Below are positions 24,265-37,094 of a DNA stretch of 64,000 nt, in pieces. Numbering within the stretch: the stretch's first letter is position 1; each line of letters opens with the position of its first letter. The translations under genes and the position numbers were made by a program. Origin of the DNA: Raillietiella orientalis (taxonomy: Eukaryota); assembly GCA_036172245.1 (NCBI GenBank), contig JAYWIR010000019.1, forward strand, positions 1 to 64,000. The letters run 5' to 3'. The notes beneath the pieces were generated by a model. It did not search any database and was not told the origin of the DNA. It saw only the letters and a list, made by a program, of their open reading frames with translations.

Positions 24265-27200
24265 GCAGACGTGTTTCTTTTGCTGCTCCTGCGTTTTAGC
24301 GCGAGATTGTAGGTTGTGTGGTGTTTGAGCGGTGTTTTTCAGGCAGAAATGCCTGAGGACACCGCCAATGCGGAAAAGGGGGACGGGCGTGCCTCGTCCC
24401 CTCAGCCCATGGATGTGGGGGCCATCTCCCCCACATATTCGTCCCCCGCCCCGGCGAGGTCTTGGAGTGCGGTGGTGGCGGCTCCCGCGCCGCCACCATG
24501 CGAGGAACAGCGGGCCTATGAGTCCCACGGATATAATCCGGCCCTACTGTATAAGGTAGGTGGGCTTTATTCTCCCGCGATGTTGAGAACGTTTGCCGCG
24601 GAATTTAAAAAACTGAAAGTGCCGGAAGTAGAAGTTCTCGGCCTTTCCGTTCGCAGTGGCGGTCAGCTAGTGGAGCTGAACTGCAAAACTGCAGGAATGA
24701 CTCAGCAGTTGCTGAGATGCCCGGTGACCGTGAACGGGAGAAGGATCTTCCCGTTTACTGCCGACAAATCGATCGTCATCCACCTGACCGGGTTGACGAT
24801 GCGAATGGCGAAAAATGCCGTTAGGCAGGAACTGGAAAAGTACGGGACCGTCCACGCTCTGTGGGCTAAGCCGAACACCCTGGGCTATACTAGGGCGTTC
24901 AGTGGCTATGCCGCCGCGCGTGTGACAGTCCGCGAGGATAGTGGTTTACCCCACCGACTTCAGGTCGATGAAGAATACATTGATCTGTGGTACATAGGGA
25001 AACCCAAATTCTGCGGAAACTGCGAGACTACAGGGCACCTTAAACGGAGGTGCCCCAACATCGTGTGTCTACGCTGCGGTAACAAGAGCCACGTAAGAAA
25101 GGTGTGCCCTCTTCGTTTTGCTTCCACTCCTGTTGGCAACAAGAGAACAGAGTCGCCACAGGAACCGGACAAACAGGATCCCCAATCGAGTGAAACCTCC
25201 CAGACAGGCGAGATATCGACGCCAGTGGAACAAAAACCGGAGGAAGGCGAAACTGTCGCCGAAAACAGTTGGCAGTTGGTAAAAAAGAAGGAAAGCAAAG
25301 GGAAAGGTAAGGCCCCCAAGAAAACGGTGAAAATGGTGGAAAAAACCGTCCGCCGTTCCACCGTGCACATCGATCGCGTTCCCGCGAAGGCTTCCACCAG
25401 CAAGCCATCGATCGATACCGCACCCGCGGCGTCGATCGATAAAGCGGTTCCGGCTTCGTGCGGCGAAATCGCTACGGTCGCGATCGAAAGCGCGGCACAC
25501 GTTGCCGCGATCGAATCTATTGTTCCAGTCCAGTCCACTGGAAGCGTTGTAGTGGCGAGCGAAAGCTCAGCCGCTGCGGTTCCGAACGATAGCGCGCCAG
25601 TTGCCGCTATCGAATCGGTTGTTACGTCACCCGACTCGCCAACAGGCGGCGAAGTCCGTGATGACGTGGAACGCATCTCTGATGCAAACTTCGCGCAAGC
25701 CGCGGAAGAGTTGGCTGCCTTCCTGAGGCAGCCCGTCAAGGCCGAGAAGAAGGCCGTTCGACGCCCGGCTACGGCAAAAGACCCGGAAACCTCCGAGTCT
25801 GACGCCGAAAGCGGGAACTCGCCCTCCGTTGGCTTGCCGAAAAGAAAACATAAAAATGCAACAGGTGCTCGGAGGCGTGCTGTCACCTCTCAGGAAGAGG
25901 TTGAAATGGCATCTGACAGCGAGGAAGAGTCCATGTGCGTTGCACAATGCGACTCCGTGCCTGAGAGCATCCTTTACCAACTATTAACACAGTCCACGGC
26001 CGACGGAGTAAGCGATGCCCCTGAACACTCCAACGACATGGACCCGGACCACCCGTCTTCTGAACAGGAGGCGGTTTCTTCCACCCCACCATAACAACAC
26101 CATTGCGTGGACTCGCCTCCTCTAGCCGCTTGCGAATAACCTGTTGGAATGTCAACGGGTTGAGCAGCGACGGGAAGAGGCGAGACGTAGCCGCCATTCT
26201 GCGAAACTTCGACCTGGCCCTACTGCAAGAGACTCACGTGCTCACAACAGAAGCAGGCCAGGATTTCGAAAGAATCACAGGAGGGCGGCTACTGTGGAGG
26301 AACGGAACAGACTACTCCTGCGGAGTGGCCTTTCTGCTGAAGCCGGCAGTCGAAAACTCTCTGCGTAGCGTTCGCTTCGACGGGGACGGTCGAGTTGGAC
26401 AACTTGTTCTCAAGTGGTCCGAATCGATCGACCTCGTTGTGACGAACATATACGCGCCAGTGAGCAACCGCGGGGCCGAGGAACGCACTGCGGTCCTCGA
26501 ATCCCTGCGGCGAGACTGGCTGGCTGAAGCAGGCGTACGGAAGGCGCACCTCATTGCGGGCGATTTCAATCTCCGCCTGCTAGCAGGTGCACCCAACAGA
26601 CGAGCACAGCTGGTCAACGAGTTGTGCGCAGCAATGAATGCGCGCAACTTGTTGGCCGGTGATGCCGGGAGAGATCGGAACATCGATCACATGTTCCTCG
26701 ACAACCACCTGTGCACGCGGGTGGGAACTCGTGGAACGCTCCCGGCAGAGCTGTCCGACCATCCACGGCTCGTGCTCGAGATACATCCGCGCAACAAGGG
26801 TCCTCCCCTGAAAACGTGGCGCCTGCCAGGGGACTGGTTGCGCCTCGCAGGAGCGGCGGAACATCTGCGCGCCTTCCTGCGGGAATTACATCTTCAGACG
26901 CTCGCGGACTGGGACGAAATGAAGTACTCAGTCCGCGAGTTTTGCGAACAGTTTCCCCTGGAGCGTCTTCCTCCGGGCTTCGAGGAAGGTGTCAGGAACG
27001 AGCGAGCCTACCTTCAGGCCCGCCGGTATTCCAGACGACCCGACGTTCGTCGCCTGGCGGAATTCAAAGCTGAGGCGGAGAGGCAGGCCTGGCAGTCAGG
27101 CTCGGCCTGCTTGCTGGACCATCAGGGCCAAGAACGCTCCAGCCCAGCTCAGGTAAGCCGCATCGTGCGGGAGTTTTATTCCTCCTTATACGCGCCATTA

Positions 27201-28709
27201 ACACCCGAGTGCCAATTCGCGCAGCAGTTGCTGCCGGATGGGGCTCCCGCGATCGGGGAGGAAGTTTGTTCCAGGTTGTCGGAACCATTTACGGTGGCAG
27301 AGATTGTCTCCGCCATCAGTAAATTAAAGACAAGAAAGGCACCAGGGGAGGACGGCCTGCCCGCGGAGTTTTACAAACACTTCGCGACAGAGCTGGCTCC
27401 CCTGGTGCTCAAGCTAAGTACGCTGATCCGCGAACACGGCGAAGTTCCCGCCTCGTTCCGATCAGCAAAAGTACGTCTCCTGCCGAAGTCAGGAGACCTA
27501 CGCAACATTAGCAACTGGCGTCCCATCACAGTGGTGAATGCGGACGCAAAGTTGTATGCCAAATTGTGGGCTGAGCGTTTAGGACCGGTGGCGGATTCCG
27601 TGATCAGCCCGGAGCAAACATACGCTGTCCCCGGGCGAACCATGGAAGCCAACCTGCTCCTCGCCAGCACATGGTGGCAGTTGCAACAGCGCTTTGCACA
27701 GGACGGTCAAGGGAGCCTTGAGCACCCCTCTGACCAGAGAGACCCGGTAGAGGGTGGGGCGGAATCGGCGGGAGCCTTCGCCGTCGCTGTCGACTTGCGC
27801 AAAGCATTCGACTGCGTCGACCAGGATCTCCTTCTGGAGCTCCTGAAACGAATGGGATTCCCGTCCGTGCTCCAGTCCTACCTGCGCTCCTGCTGGCGCA
27901 ACGCGTTGATTAACATTGTTTTCAGCGGCCGGCACGTGTATGGCGTGCCAGTGCGCCGCGGCATCCGGCAGGGTGACAGCCTGAGCCCCTTGCTCTTCAG
28001 CATCTACTTTGAGTTGGTGCTGAGGGCATACAGGGTAACTCTGGCAACCCTGCCGAGCTCGTGTCCCGGCACGCCTGCCGTGTCGGCCTATGCAGACGAT
28101 CTTCTGCTGCTGCTTCCCGGGTCCACTCCGGCGAGTGCGCTCGAGGATTTCTTCGAGTTGCTGCGCCGCGGGACGGGCCTGGAGGTGAACAGGGCGAAGT
28201 CGTCCATAACTTGTACCGGCTCGGCGTGGGCTGGACGGTCGGACTGGATCCGCTTGGGGATCCCCACGGGCAGGTGCTTTAAGTACCTTGGTGTTCCGTT
28301 GGGGGAATTCTGCGTGACATAAGCCTGGTCCGACCGTCTACAAAAGGCATCGTTGGCGATCGGTGCGTTTCACGAAGGCAAGTTTTACTTGCAGGAACGG
28401 GCCGCAGTGTGGAACGCGTTTGCGGCCCCCTTCTACGCCCTTTACTTTTTGTGTGCCCCGCTTCTTATTTCGTCAGGAAAAGAGCAGCGGGCCTCCTACG
28501 GACAGTCCTTTGGGGCAAAGGGAGGTCCCGTGTGCGTCTTAAAGACTTGTGCGCTCCACGTAAAGACGGTGGACTTGGCCTACTTACGCTGGAGCGCATG
28601 GAAGTACAATTTCAGTTTAGGACTCTCGCCCTTGCGGCGGAATTGTGGGACACGCCTTGATGCGGTCCAGCACGACTTCTGGCTAAGCGAGCCTCAGGAT
28701 ATAGCGGAG
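24265..28709 (+). mobile_element. Family A element with intact ORF1 and 3'-truncated ORF2 (26103-28322+)
   Basis: ORF1 ATG 24349 to 26094. ORF2 CWNVNG...AYADD...KYLG, then a stop and frameshift, interrupted by a new 5' end at 28710. Confidence 0.9.
24349..26094 (+). CDS. ORF1 (gag-like RNA-binding protein, two CCHC zinc knuckles)
   Basis: FCGNCETTGHLKRRC and CLRCGNKSHVRKVC; low-complexity C-terminus; directly upstream of ORF2. Confidence 0.85.
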   Translation: MPEDTANAEKGDGRASSPQPMDVGAISPTYSSPAPARSWSAVVAAPAPPPCEEQRAYESHGYNPALLYKVGGLYSPAMLRTFAAEFKKLKVPEVEVLGLSVRSGGQLVELNCKTAGMTQQLLRCPVTVNGRRIFPFTADKSIVIHLTGLTMRMAKNAVRQELEKYGTVHALWAKPNTLGYTRAFSGYAAARVTVREDSGLPHRLQVDEEYIDLWYIGKPKFCGNCETTGHLKRRCPNIVCLRCGNKSHVRKVCPLRFASTPVGNKRTESPQEPDKQDPQSSETSQTGEISTPVEQKPEEGETVAENSWQLVKKKESKGKGKAPKKTVKMVEKTVRRSTVHIDRVPAKASTSKPSIDTAPAASIDKAVPASCGEIATVAIESAAHVAAIESIVPVQSTGSVVVASESSAAAVPNDSAPVAAIESVVTSPDSPTGGEVRDDVERISDANFAQAAEELAAFLRQPVKAEKKAVRRPATAKDPETSESDAESGNSPSVGLPKRKHKNATGARRRAVTSQEEVEMASDSEEESMCVAQCDSVPESILYQLLTQSTADGVSDAPEHSNDMDPDHPSSEQEAVSSTPP

Positions 28710-31700
28710 GCAGACGTGTTTTTTGGCTGCTCCTGCGTTTTAGCGCGAGTTTGTAGGTTGTGTGGTGTTTGGGCGGTGTTTTGAAGGCAGAAATGCCTGA
28801 GGACACCGCCAACAAGGCGGAGGGGGGCGAGCGAGCCTCGTCCCCCCAACCAATGGATGTTGGGGCCATCTCCCCAGCGGATTCGCCCCCGCCCCGGCGA
28901 GGGCTTGGAGCGCGGTGGTGGCGGCGCCTGCGCCGCCCCCCGCAGAGGAACAGCGGGCCTATATGGCCGACGGGTATAACCCGGCCTTGTTATACAAGGT
29001 AGGTGGCCTGTACTCCCCCGCGGTTTTGCGGTCGTTCGCGGCCGAATTTAAGAAATTGAAAGTCCCGGAGGACGAAGTCCTCGGGCTTTCCGTGCGAAGT
29101 GGCGGGCAGCTGGTTGAGCTGAACTGCAAGTCTGCAGGGATGGCTCAGCAGCTGCTCCGCCTGCCGGTGACCGTGAACGGTCGAAGAATCTTCCCGTTCA
29201 CGGCGGACAACTCCATCGTTGTCCACCTCACCGGTATTACCATGAGAATAGCTAAGACCGCCGTTCGCGAGAGTTTGGAAGAGTTCGGGACGGTCCACGC
29301 GTTGTGGGCAAAACCCAATGTCCTGGGTTACACCAGGGCTTTTAGTGGGTACGCCGCTGCGCGCGTGACGGTCCGTGCCGAGGGTGGGCTACCCCACAAA
29401 CTGCAGGTCGGGGAGGAGGAGATCGACCTGTGGTATGTGGGGAAACCCGTTTACTGCGGCTTTTGCCAGGTGTCGGGGCATTTGAAAAAGAAATGCCCCA
29501 ACATCGTGTGCTTGGGCTGTGGGGAGAAGGGGCACATCAGGCGGATGTGCCCCAACCGAAAAAGGTCCGTTCCGTCAGGCGCGAGAAAGGAAGAGACGCC
29601 GAAGGAAAAGGACCGAAGCCAACAACAGGCAGCATCCCGCCCTGCCGACCAACCCGCTGCTCAGCCATCCTCCAGCGAACCAGCTGGAGAAAGCGCCGAG
29701 AACGAGGAAGGTTGGCAGAAGGTGGTCAAGAAGAAAAAGGCCCCCTTCAAGGAGGTAAAACGAATAAACAAGGCGGCTCCGAAGAAGCAGAAGCCGGCAG
29801 TCCGCGCTTGTTCAGTAAAAATTGAACGCGTGTCGATCGCACGTGCCGTGAAGAAAGTAACGGTGAACGCGATCGATACCGTTCAATCCGAGCCGATCGC
29901 GACCGCCGTGACGTCACCACCAGCTGACGACAATGCCGCTCCGGCATTGCCAGCCAAGGACGTCTGCGCGCCGATCGATGAAGCCGCTTCCATTGCGCCT
30001 GCGCCGAGTGTCGGTGCGGAAAGCGAGGAGGCGGCGCGAATCGAAGACGCGACCTTCGAGCAGGCCGCGGAAGAGCTGGCAGCCATGTTACGGCAGCCTG
30101 CCAAGGCCGAAAAGAAGGCCTTGAGACGACCGGCAACGGCGAAGGTCCCGGAATTCCGAGACCGAAACCGAAGCCGGTTGCTCTTCTTCCGCAGCCGTGC
30201 CGAAGAGAAAGGCTGGCAAGAAGACCGGTTTCCCGAGACGTGTCGCCCCTCCGCAGGTGGAGGAGGCCATGTCCTCGGGCACGGAGGAGGAGGCAATGTG
30301 CGTCGCGCCACGCGACCCTTCTCCCGTCCGCGTCTCGGAAGCCAGCCCGATGGAAATCGCTGTCGACGACAAGCTCCCGTGTGAGCAGCCGACCGTCGTC
30401 ACGGCCGCCAACGAGCCGCCTCCCGCAAGGGAGGAGGCCGCCTCCACCCCACAATAAACACACCAACGCGTGGGCTCGCCTCCTGCCGCCGCTTGCGCAT
30501 CACCTGTTGGAACGTCAACGGGTTGCGCGACGACGGTAAGACGTGAGACGTAGCCGCCATACTGCGAGACTTCGACCTGGTGCTCCTGCAAGAGACGCAC
30601 GTTCTCAAAGCAGAAGAAGTCCAGGAAATCGAAAGAATCGCGAGAGGGCGGCTACTGTGGAGGAACGGAAACGACCGCTCCTACGGAGTGGCCTTTATGC
30701 TTAAGCCAGCCGTCGAAAATACACTGCGCAGCGTGCGGTTCGACGAGGACGGTCGAGTTGGGCAGCTTGTTTTCAAGTGGTCCGACTCGATCGACCTCAT
30801 AGTCACGAACCTGTACGCTCCGGTGTGCAACCACAGGGCCGAGGAACGCACTGCGTTCTTCGAATCCCTGCGGCGAGACTGGTTGGCTGAAGCAAGCGTA
30901 CGACGGGCGCACCTCATTGCGGGCGACTTCAATCTCCGCCTGCTGGCAGGTGCGCCGTGCATTCGAGCACGACTGGTCAACGAGTTGTGCGCAGCCATCA
31001 ATGCGCGCAACTTGTTGGCCGGTGATGCCGGGAGAGATCGGAACATCGATCACATGTTCCTCGACAACCACTTGTGCACGCGGGTGGGAACTCGAGGAAC
31101 GCTCCCGGCACAGCTGTCCGACCATCCACGGCTCGTGCTCGAGATACATCCACGCGACAAGGGCCCTCCCCTGAAAACGTGGCGCCTGCCGGGGGACTGG
31201 TTGCGCCTCGCAGGAGCGGCGGAACATCTGCGCGCCTTCCTGCGAGGATTCCATCTTGAGACGCTCGCGGACTGGGACGAAATGAAGTGCATAGTCCGCG
31301 AGTTCTGCGACCAGTTTTCCCTTTACCACCTTCCTCCAGGTTTCGGCGAAGGCTTGAAGATCGTAACTCCATGCCCGTCTTTCCTCCAACACCTGCTTAC
31401 AGGAACCTCACAACCTCACAACACCGAGCTTTTCCAGGAAGTCGACGTCCTGAGACAGGGGGAATATTCGAGCGGGGGCAGAGCGTCAAGCCTCGCAGTC
31501 GAGGTCAGCCATCCTGCTCCACGATCAGGGCCAGGGACACTCGGATCCCCCATAGGTGAGATGCATCGTTCCCAGATTCTACTTCTTGTACGCAAAGGCA
31601 CCCCACGAGCAAGGCTGCTTAGCATCTGCACTCAGGGGTGCCTGCATTAGGGGAGGAGCAGCGAAACAGCCGCGAAGACCGTTTCACGATAGCGGAAAGA

Positions 31701-33251
31701 TCGAAGGACGGAAAGTTCAGAAGGAGGATGGCCTGCCCGCGGAGTTTTATCAGTGCTTCTGGGCAAAGCTGATCCTGGTGCACAAACTGTGCATGATGAT
31801 CCGTGAACGAGTATGTCCCCAACTCGTTCCGCTCAGCTAAAGTACGTCTTCTCCCAAAGGGAAGAGAGTCACGCAATGTAGGCAACTAGCGCCTCATCAC
31901 AATAGTAAATTGGACGCGAAGTTGCTTACCAAATTATGGGCTAAACGTCTGGCATGTGTGGTGGACTCCATGGTGAGTCCGGAGCAGACGCACGCTGGTT
32001 CAGGACGATCCATGGAGGACAACCTGAGAAGATAATCCTGGATTCTCCTCTGACCAGCGAGGAAAGGGCCAACGGGGCAGCGTCCGAAGCCCTTGCAGTC
32101 AGTCTATTTGCGTAAAGCTTTCGACTGTGTCGACCAGGAACTCCTTCCGTTGCTCTTGGAACGCATGAGATTTCCGGGCATCCTTCTGATCAGATGTCCA
32201 GTCATCAGATGTCCAGGCACACTTGCCGTGTTGGCTTATGCTAACGATATTCCGCTGTTGCTCTCTATCTCCACCGCGACATGAGCACTTCAAGGTTTCT
32301 TCGAGTTGCATGGTCGCGGGACTGGACTTGAGGTGAACAGGGTGAGTCGTCCGTAGTGCCGACTGGGTCGACGTGGACTGGACGGTTGGTCTGGATCCGC
32401 GAGGGATCCCCACGAACAGGTAATTCAAGTACCTTGATGTACCAATGAAAGACTTCTGCGCTGCAGAAAAGTGGGCCGGCTGCCTCAAAAAGCAGAGTAG
32501 GCTCTCCGCCCGTTTCTGAAGGGCAGGTTCCACCTGTCGAAGCGGTTTTAGATCTTGAACTTTCGTGTGCCTTCCCTCCTCCAATCGCTTTTTCTGTATG
32601 TTCTCCTCCTGCTAAGGCGAGACAACAGGCCGATGGCCTATTGCGAAAGACCCTTCAGGGCGCGTCACAACCCCGCGTCCGCCTCAAGGACATAGCCAGA
32701 AATGGACGAAGCTCTTAGGGTTTCCCTTGAAGCAGCCCACCTGCCTGTTGGAATCCAACGCGAAAATCACCTACTGCCCTGTGAACTTGAATGCCTGGCT
32801 GCAAGGATCCATAAGTACTTAGTCTCGGCTCACCAGCACTAGCCTGGAAGAACTCCTTCCCGGCAGGATTCCCCTGAACAGAATTGTCAACGAACCTACA
32901 AAGTGGGATCGTGTATCCTCCACATCTTTGCCTGTATCTCTATCGGCTTTATGAAGAAAACAAGCGGGTGACCTCATATGAAACAGGAAGTCATCAGGAA
33001 GATCAGCAACATCGCTAGATAAGTTTAGTAGGGGTGACAATCCCGGTGCTTCCTCCGCTCAACAAATACTTATTGGTTCATTCCTTTCTCCCTCAATGCT
33101 CCAAAGTATTTTTTCTTTCTCCTAGTAGTCGGCGAGTCCTTCCCTGATGAATATTTTTTTCTTCTTTTTGAATTACGGGAAACAGTGATCCTTGTTTCGT
33201 GGATTTTTATTTTTTTATTAAAATAAACGACCCGGCGCAACCAGGTGGAAA
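28710..33251 (+). mobile_element. Family A element: frameshifted ORF1, APE to ~31350, then heavily decayed RT and 3' end
   Basis: ORF1 28915..30384; APE 30580..; LRKAFDCVDQ and AYAND at 32093..32284; AATAAA + hairpin at 33222-33251. Confidence 0.8.
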
Positions 33252-33969
33252 TCCTTGCGAGTAAGTAAGACGTGCTTTTCTTTCGCCCGTATAAGGGAAA
33301 GGACTTTTGTCTTTGAGGCAGCTACCCGGATGAGGTTTGCTCCGAAGGGTTGTTGAATCTCAAATGCGTTGCACCTTACATATGCATTTTTTCGTGTTTT
33401 GTTTTTTCTCCGAGGCGTGGTGATGTGATGGCTAGTGTGATTTGACGACGACAAAAAGGCAACATCGGCAAAGGACCCTTCTGACATCGCACCGGAGGCG
33501 AATCAGACTGCTTCGCAAGAGATAAGTCACGAAGGCAACAGTGTAAACATCGAGGAAGTCTCGCAATCCACTCCATGCTTGCGGAGGTCGCCGGAGAAGC
33601 GGTAGTCCATGGGGTACCCGAGCGGATAAGGAAATGCGGGACTGTATAGCCCAAAGCTATGAAGCCGAATCCGATTGCACCCGTCAAGATACCTATGTCA
33701 AAAGGGGGAGATTCGCAAACCCGACAGCGAGTAGAGGGGGTCAGCGTTCTCGAGACCTCAAGTCCCTCATAATGCTGTTGAAAAACGAAGGCTAAGAAGT
33801 GAATTCCAACACTGGGGAACTCACCGAGTCTTCTTCGAACTTCGTTGAGCGTCAGGGACCGAAGGGTTTCCCCTTTTACGAAGGATCGGTCTCGGCCTCC
33901 ATTTCAAAGGCATCCGGACGGGAGTGTACGACAGCGATGTGATTGCAGAGCTGGCGAGTCACGCCACTG

Positions 33970-34218
33970 TACACGCCCTATGATGGAAGGAAACCTTTTG
34001 AAGGGATCATATTTGATCCCAAATATCGGGGCTCAATCAAACACTATCTTATTCCTCACATTGTCACAGCAAAGTGGGATCCAAACTATTCCAAGATGAG
34101 TTCAGACAGATGGCAAATAATCGATATCACCCTACCTATAGGAAAGAGAACCAACTTCGACATGGATGAAGGATCCATACTTCCCTACCAAAAAGGTGTA
34201 ACCTTCAGTGACGAATAG
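33970..34218 (+). pseudogene. rep: CRESS Rep SF3 helicase C-terminal part
   Basis: GIIFDPKY...K...PHIV...W.PNYSKMSSDRWQII matches the G.I.S.KY / PHV.V.AN..P / LS.DRW pattern (motifs B', C, Arg finger) of nanovirus/alphasatellite-like Reps. Confidence 0.7.
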
Positions 34219-34295
34219 AGATTTTTTATTATTAAATCTTCACACACTCACTGCGTAATCACGCAATTCCCTAAACATCCAATAATACCTCTTTC

Positions 34296-35118
34296 TTATC
34301 TTGAACGAAGCATCCCTCTTAATGTGCCCTTAGCTGGACAAACTCCAGAATGATAATCCTCCTTCATATCGTCAGGTATGTCCATACCACTCATATGTTT
34401 CATAATAAAGAACCGACCACGATGCACCTTTAGAGCTCTTTTTCTGTTCCCTCTCATTTCACAGCAAGCAGCCTTCACCACACGATTATGAGCAACTTCG
34501 GCGTACTTCACTGTTGGAATCACACACGCAGGTACGCACCAAGAAAAATTACCACGCAAACCGAAGTACTTTTTCAGCATTCCTTTTTCCGCCATAATAC
34601 TCGGTGCAATCTGTTATACTACCATAAGTATTCATAGTGAAACCTCTAATGTCATTAAGATTCTAAGGTTGCGATAACAAGAAACAGTTTCTGAACGAAA
34701 CCTTCAAACCCAGATCTCTGTCTCCTGAGATAGACTAACTGTCAAAGGATCCATTGTATACCTCACTCCAACCAATCTGCACTCCTCAAAAAAACATTCA
34801 GTTCCATCTAAATTACACCACTCCAGCGATTCCCACATTCTCCAAACATCTTTCTGCTCATTCCACATCCAGCTAGCATTATATGTTCCACTAGATATTG
34901 TTGGAACTAAAGAATAACTATGAGCTTGCACCAAAACCTCGCTCGCTATTACTCTTCTACACGCCTCCGAGGAGAAAACCTGCTGATCAAACCCTTCCTA
35001 TACTTCCTATGAAATATCTGCTTTCTCCTCCCCGCTCCCCCTTTACGATGTACTGCAGCCTCTCCCTCAGAACTCAAACTTTCACCAACCTCTTCCTTTT
35101 ACGAGACATATCGACCAT
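34296..35118 (-). pseudogene. Putative CRESS capsid gene, decayed
   Basis: Starts MVDMSRKRKR, followed in another frame by RRKQIFHRKYRKGLISRFSPRRR. Spans ~820 nt, convergent with the rep 3' end. AATAAA on - strand near 34225. Confidence 0.5.
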
Positions 35119-35443
35119 AGCCCTCTCCTACTAAGCTTTCTTTAACAATGCAACCTTTTTTAAACCCTTTAAACTTCCCCACTCCAGACTGTGCGAGAAA
35201 CTGATGTATCATCCTAATCCTAATATCCTTTCTCACTTTTATTCGCTCAAGACCAAATTTGACACTTAAACAACTTGACTGATAAAAGAACCCTTGCTTC
35301 GCACTTTCACAAGCACACGCGAATGCACTCCTACATTATCAGAATTCGTCAAGTATGAATGCCAAGGTCAAGGACCATCTGGGTAATTATTAACCGGACT
35401 TCCCCTCTCCTTGACTACATAAAATCCAGCACTCTGCTACACA

Positions 35444-35452
35444 CAGTATTAC
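35444..35452 (+). promoter_or_regulatory. CRESS origin nonanucleotide CAGTATTAC
   Basis: Matches NAGTATTAC, lies between the cap and rep 5' ends; flanking stem not clearly preserved. Confidence 0.55.
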
Positions 35453-35494
35453 CAACTTAACGCCGTAATTTGCAAGAAGTTCAAGTCCCTCATC

Positions 35495-36020
35495 ATGCCG
35501 TACAGTGGGAACTCAAACTGGTGTCACCTTAAAGAACAACACAGAACTCAATATAAAGAAGTGGGGCAGAATACACTGCAACTTCGCCATCATGGCACGG
35601 AAAGTAAGCCACACATCCAAGAGCACCTCCAACTTCATGAAACGAGGACCCTACCACAACATACAAGACCACCATTCGCCAGACGTCACCTGGATGCCGC
35701 CAGATATGTACCACAGAGCAGTCTTGAATACTGCACAAAGTAGGAGAACCAAATTTGGACGTATGAACAAATCGAAATCCAAGACCGGGATCGAAGGAAC
35801 TGCCTCGCAACAGACAAGAATTATTCCAGCATACGGAGACGAGCGGCCTTGGAAGCTGAATCGAATAGCAGGCACTTGCCGTTTCACCATGAACCAGGCG
35901 GCAGAGGTTCCAATATGCATAGAGACGGAACTACAAGTATCTCCCTCTCATTCTCACGGACTTCATAAAGAGACATTAAATGGACCACCAATCCGTTCAG
36001 AAGCTAGCGAGAATCTGTCC
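35495..36020 (+). pseudogene. rep: CRESS Rep HUH endonuclease N-terminal part
   Basis: NWC-TLKN (motif I, frameshifted), KPHIQ (motif II), HLDAAR...LEYCTK (motif III), later RDIKW (pre-Walker A). Confidence 0.75.
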
Positions 36021-37094
36021 TAACCACTCAGCATGTGGTCCCTCTCCTTCACGTTCACCGTCTCGATGACCAAGGCACGAAGCATTGTAACGAATTTTAA
36101 CATCCAAGGGATGGACATCGCCAGAACGAATGAGCAAAACAGTTGGAAAGAGCACCAACAACATGCCTTCCTGTTCAAGCTCCCATATTTCCAGAATCGC
36201 CTCCTGTTTGCACCGGATCTGCTTGGGTTCATGTTCGCCACGCTTGCCAGTGCACAGCGAGAAAATGAATCCATTAGAGTGCGCTCAGTTGCTCTTCGAA
36301 GGGCACCAAAACTCCGCTCTCCCGTTGCGGATGGATTCAACCACAATGAGCACAGCACTTGCAATCGATTTCGAATTCCTCGTTATATGCGAGATCAGGC
36401 GTTCAGTGTGCCAGCATGCAGCAATTCGAAAACAAGTAAAACGTGAAAGTAAAAGTCTTTTGTGCATCTCTTCCTTCCCTCGGAATGGTTTTCAGAACAG
36501 CAGCATGCAATGAATGGACAATAGTGCGCATCCGGATTCAAAGCAAGCATTTCACAACCAGCAAAACAGCTCTGCGCGAAAGGAGCCCCACCACCTTGAC
36601 GCTCCTACGTGGTGCAAGCGCTTGCCTGAGAAAGAACTGCGATTGAAAATGAGATGGACTCTAAGGGCATATGAGCCATCAATTGACATTACTGTTCTAT
36701 GTACGACACATATGTGTTCAAAACTAAATACTCAACTTTTTGGTTTCCGAAGTTTCGGCTGAGAGGTAACATCTGATAAGTGCAAATACTGGATCTTGTT
36801 GAAACATTTGAAAATTATCCATTGTTGTTTATGAAGCGAACGATATGGTTAGCGATCTGATAACATTGGATAAATATGTTTGTGCAGGGAGCTTTTGTGA
36901 AATTCACAGCAATTCAAGAAGTCAAATGTCAGACTTAAACAAACCAGAAAGGAAAACCATCCGTTAATGCAACCTTTACAAGAGAAACAAACAAACAATT
37001 TGTACTACTTGGCAAAAAAAAGTTTCGCAAATTTCGCAGCATTACAGAACTATAATTTTCTTTTGAGCTACCATCTCTTGAGCAGTAATGCCTG

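Larger units (their letters stand above)
33970..36020. mobile_element. Endogenous CRESS-DNA (circular Rep-encoding ssDNA) virus element, ambisense, linearised inside rep
   Basis: Rep C-terminus (+), Arg-rich cap (-), CAGTATTAC nonamer and Rep N-terminal RCR motifs (+), in circularly permuted order. Confidence 0.75.

Noticed and set aside
33440..33960. GGQRSRDL peptide resembling circovirus Rep GxRxDL
   Set aside because: An isolated short match with no flanking RCR motifs. The convincing Rep N-terminus is at 35495-36020.
36030..36760. Overlapping 100-140-aa ORFs after the EVE
   Set aside because: No recognisable domain in any frame, so I cannot support a gene call.
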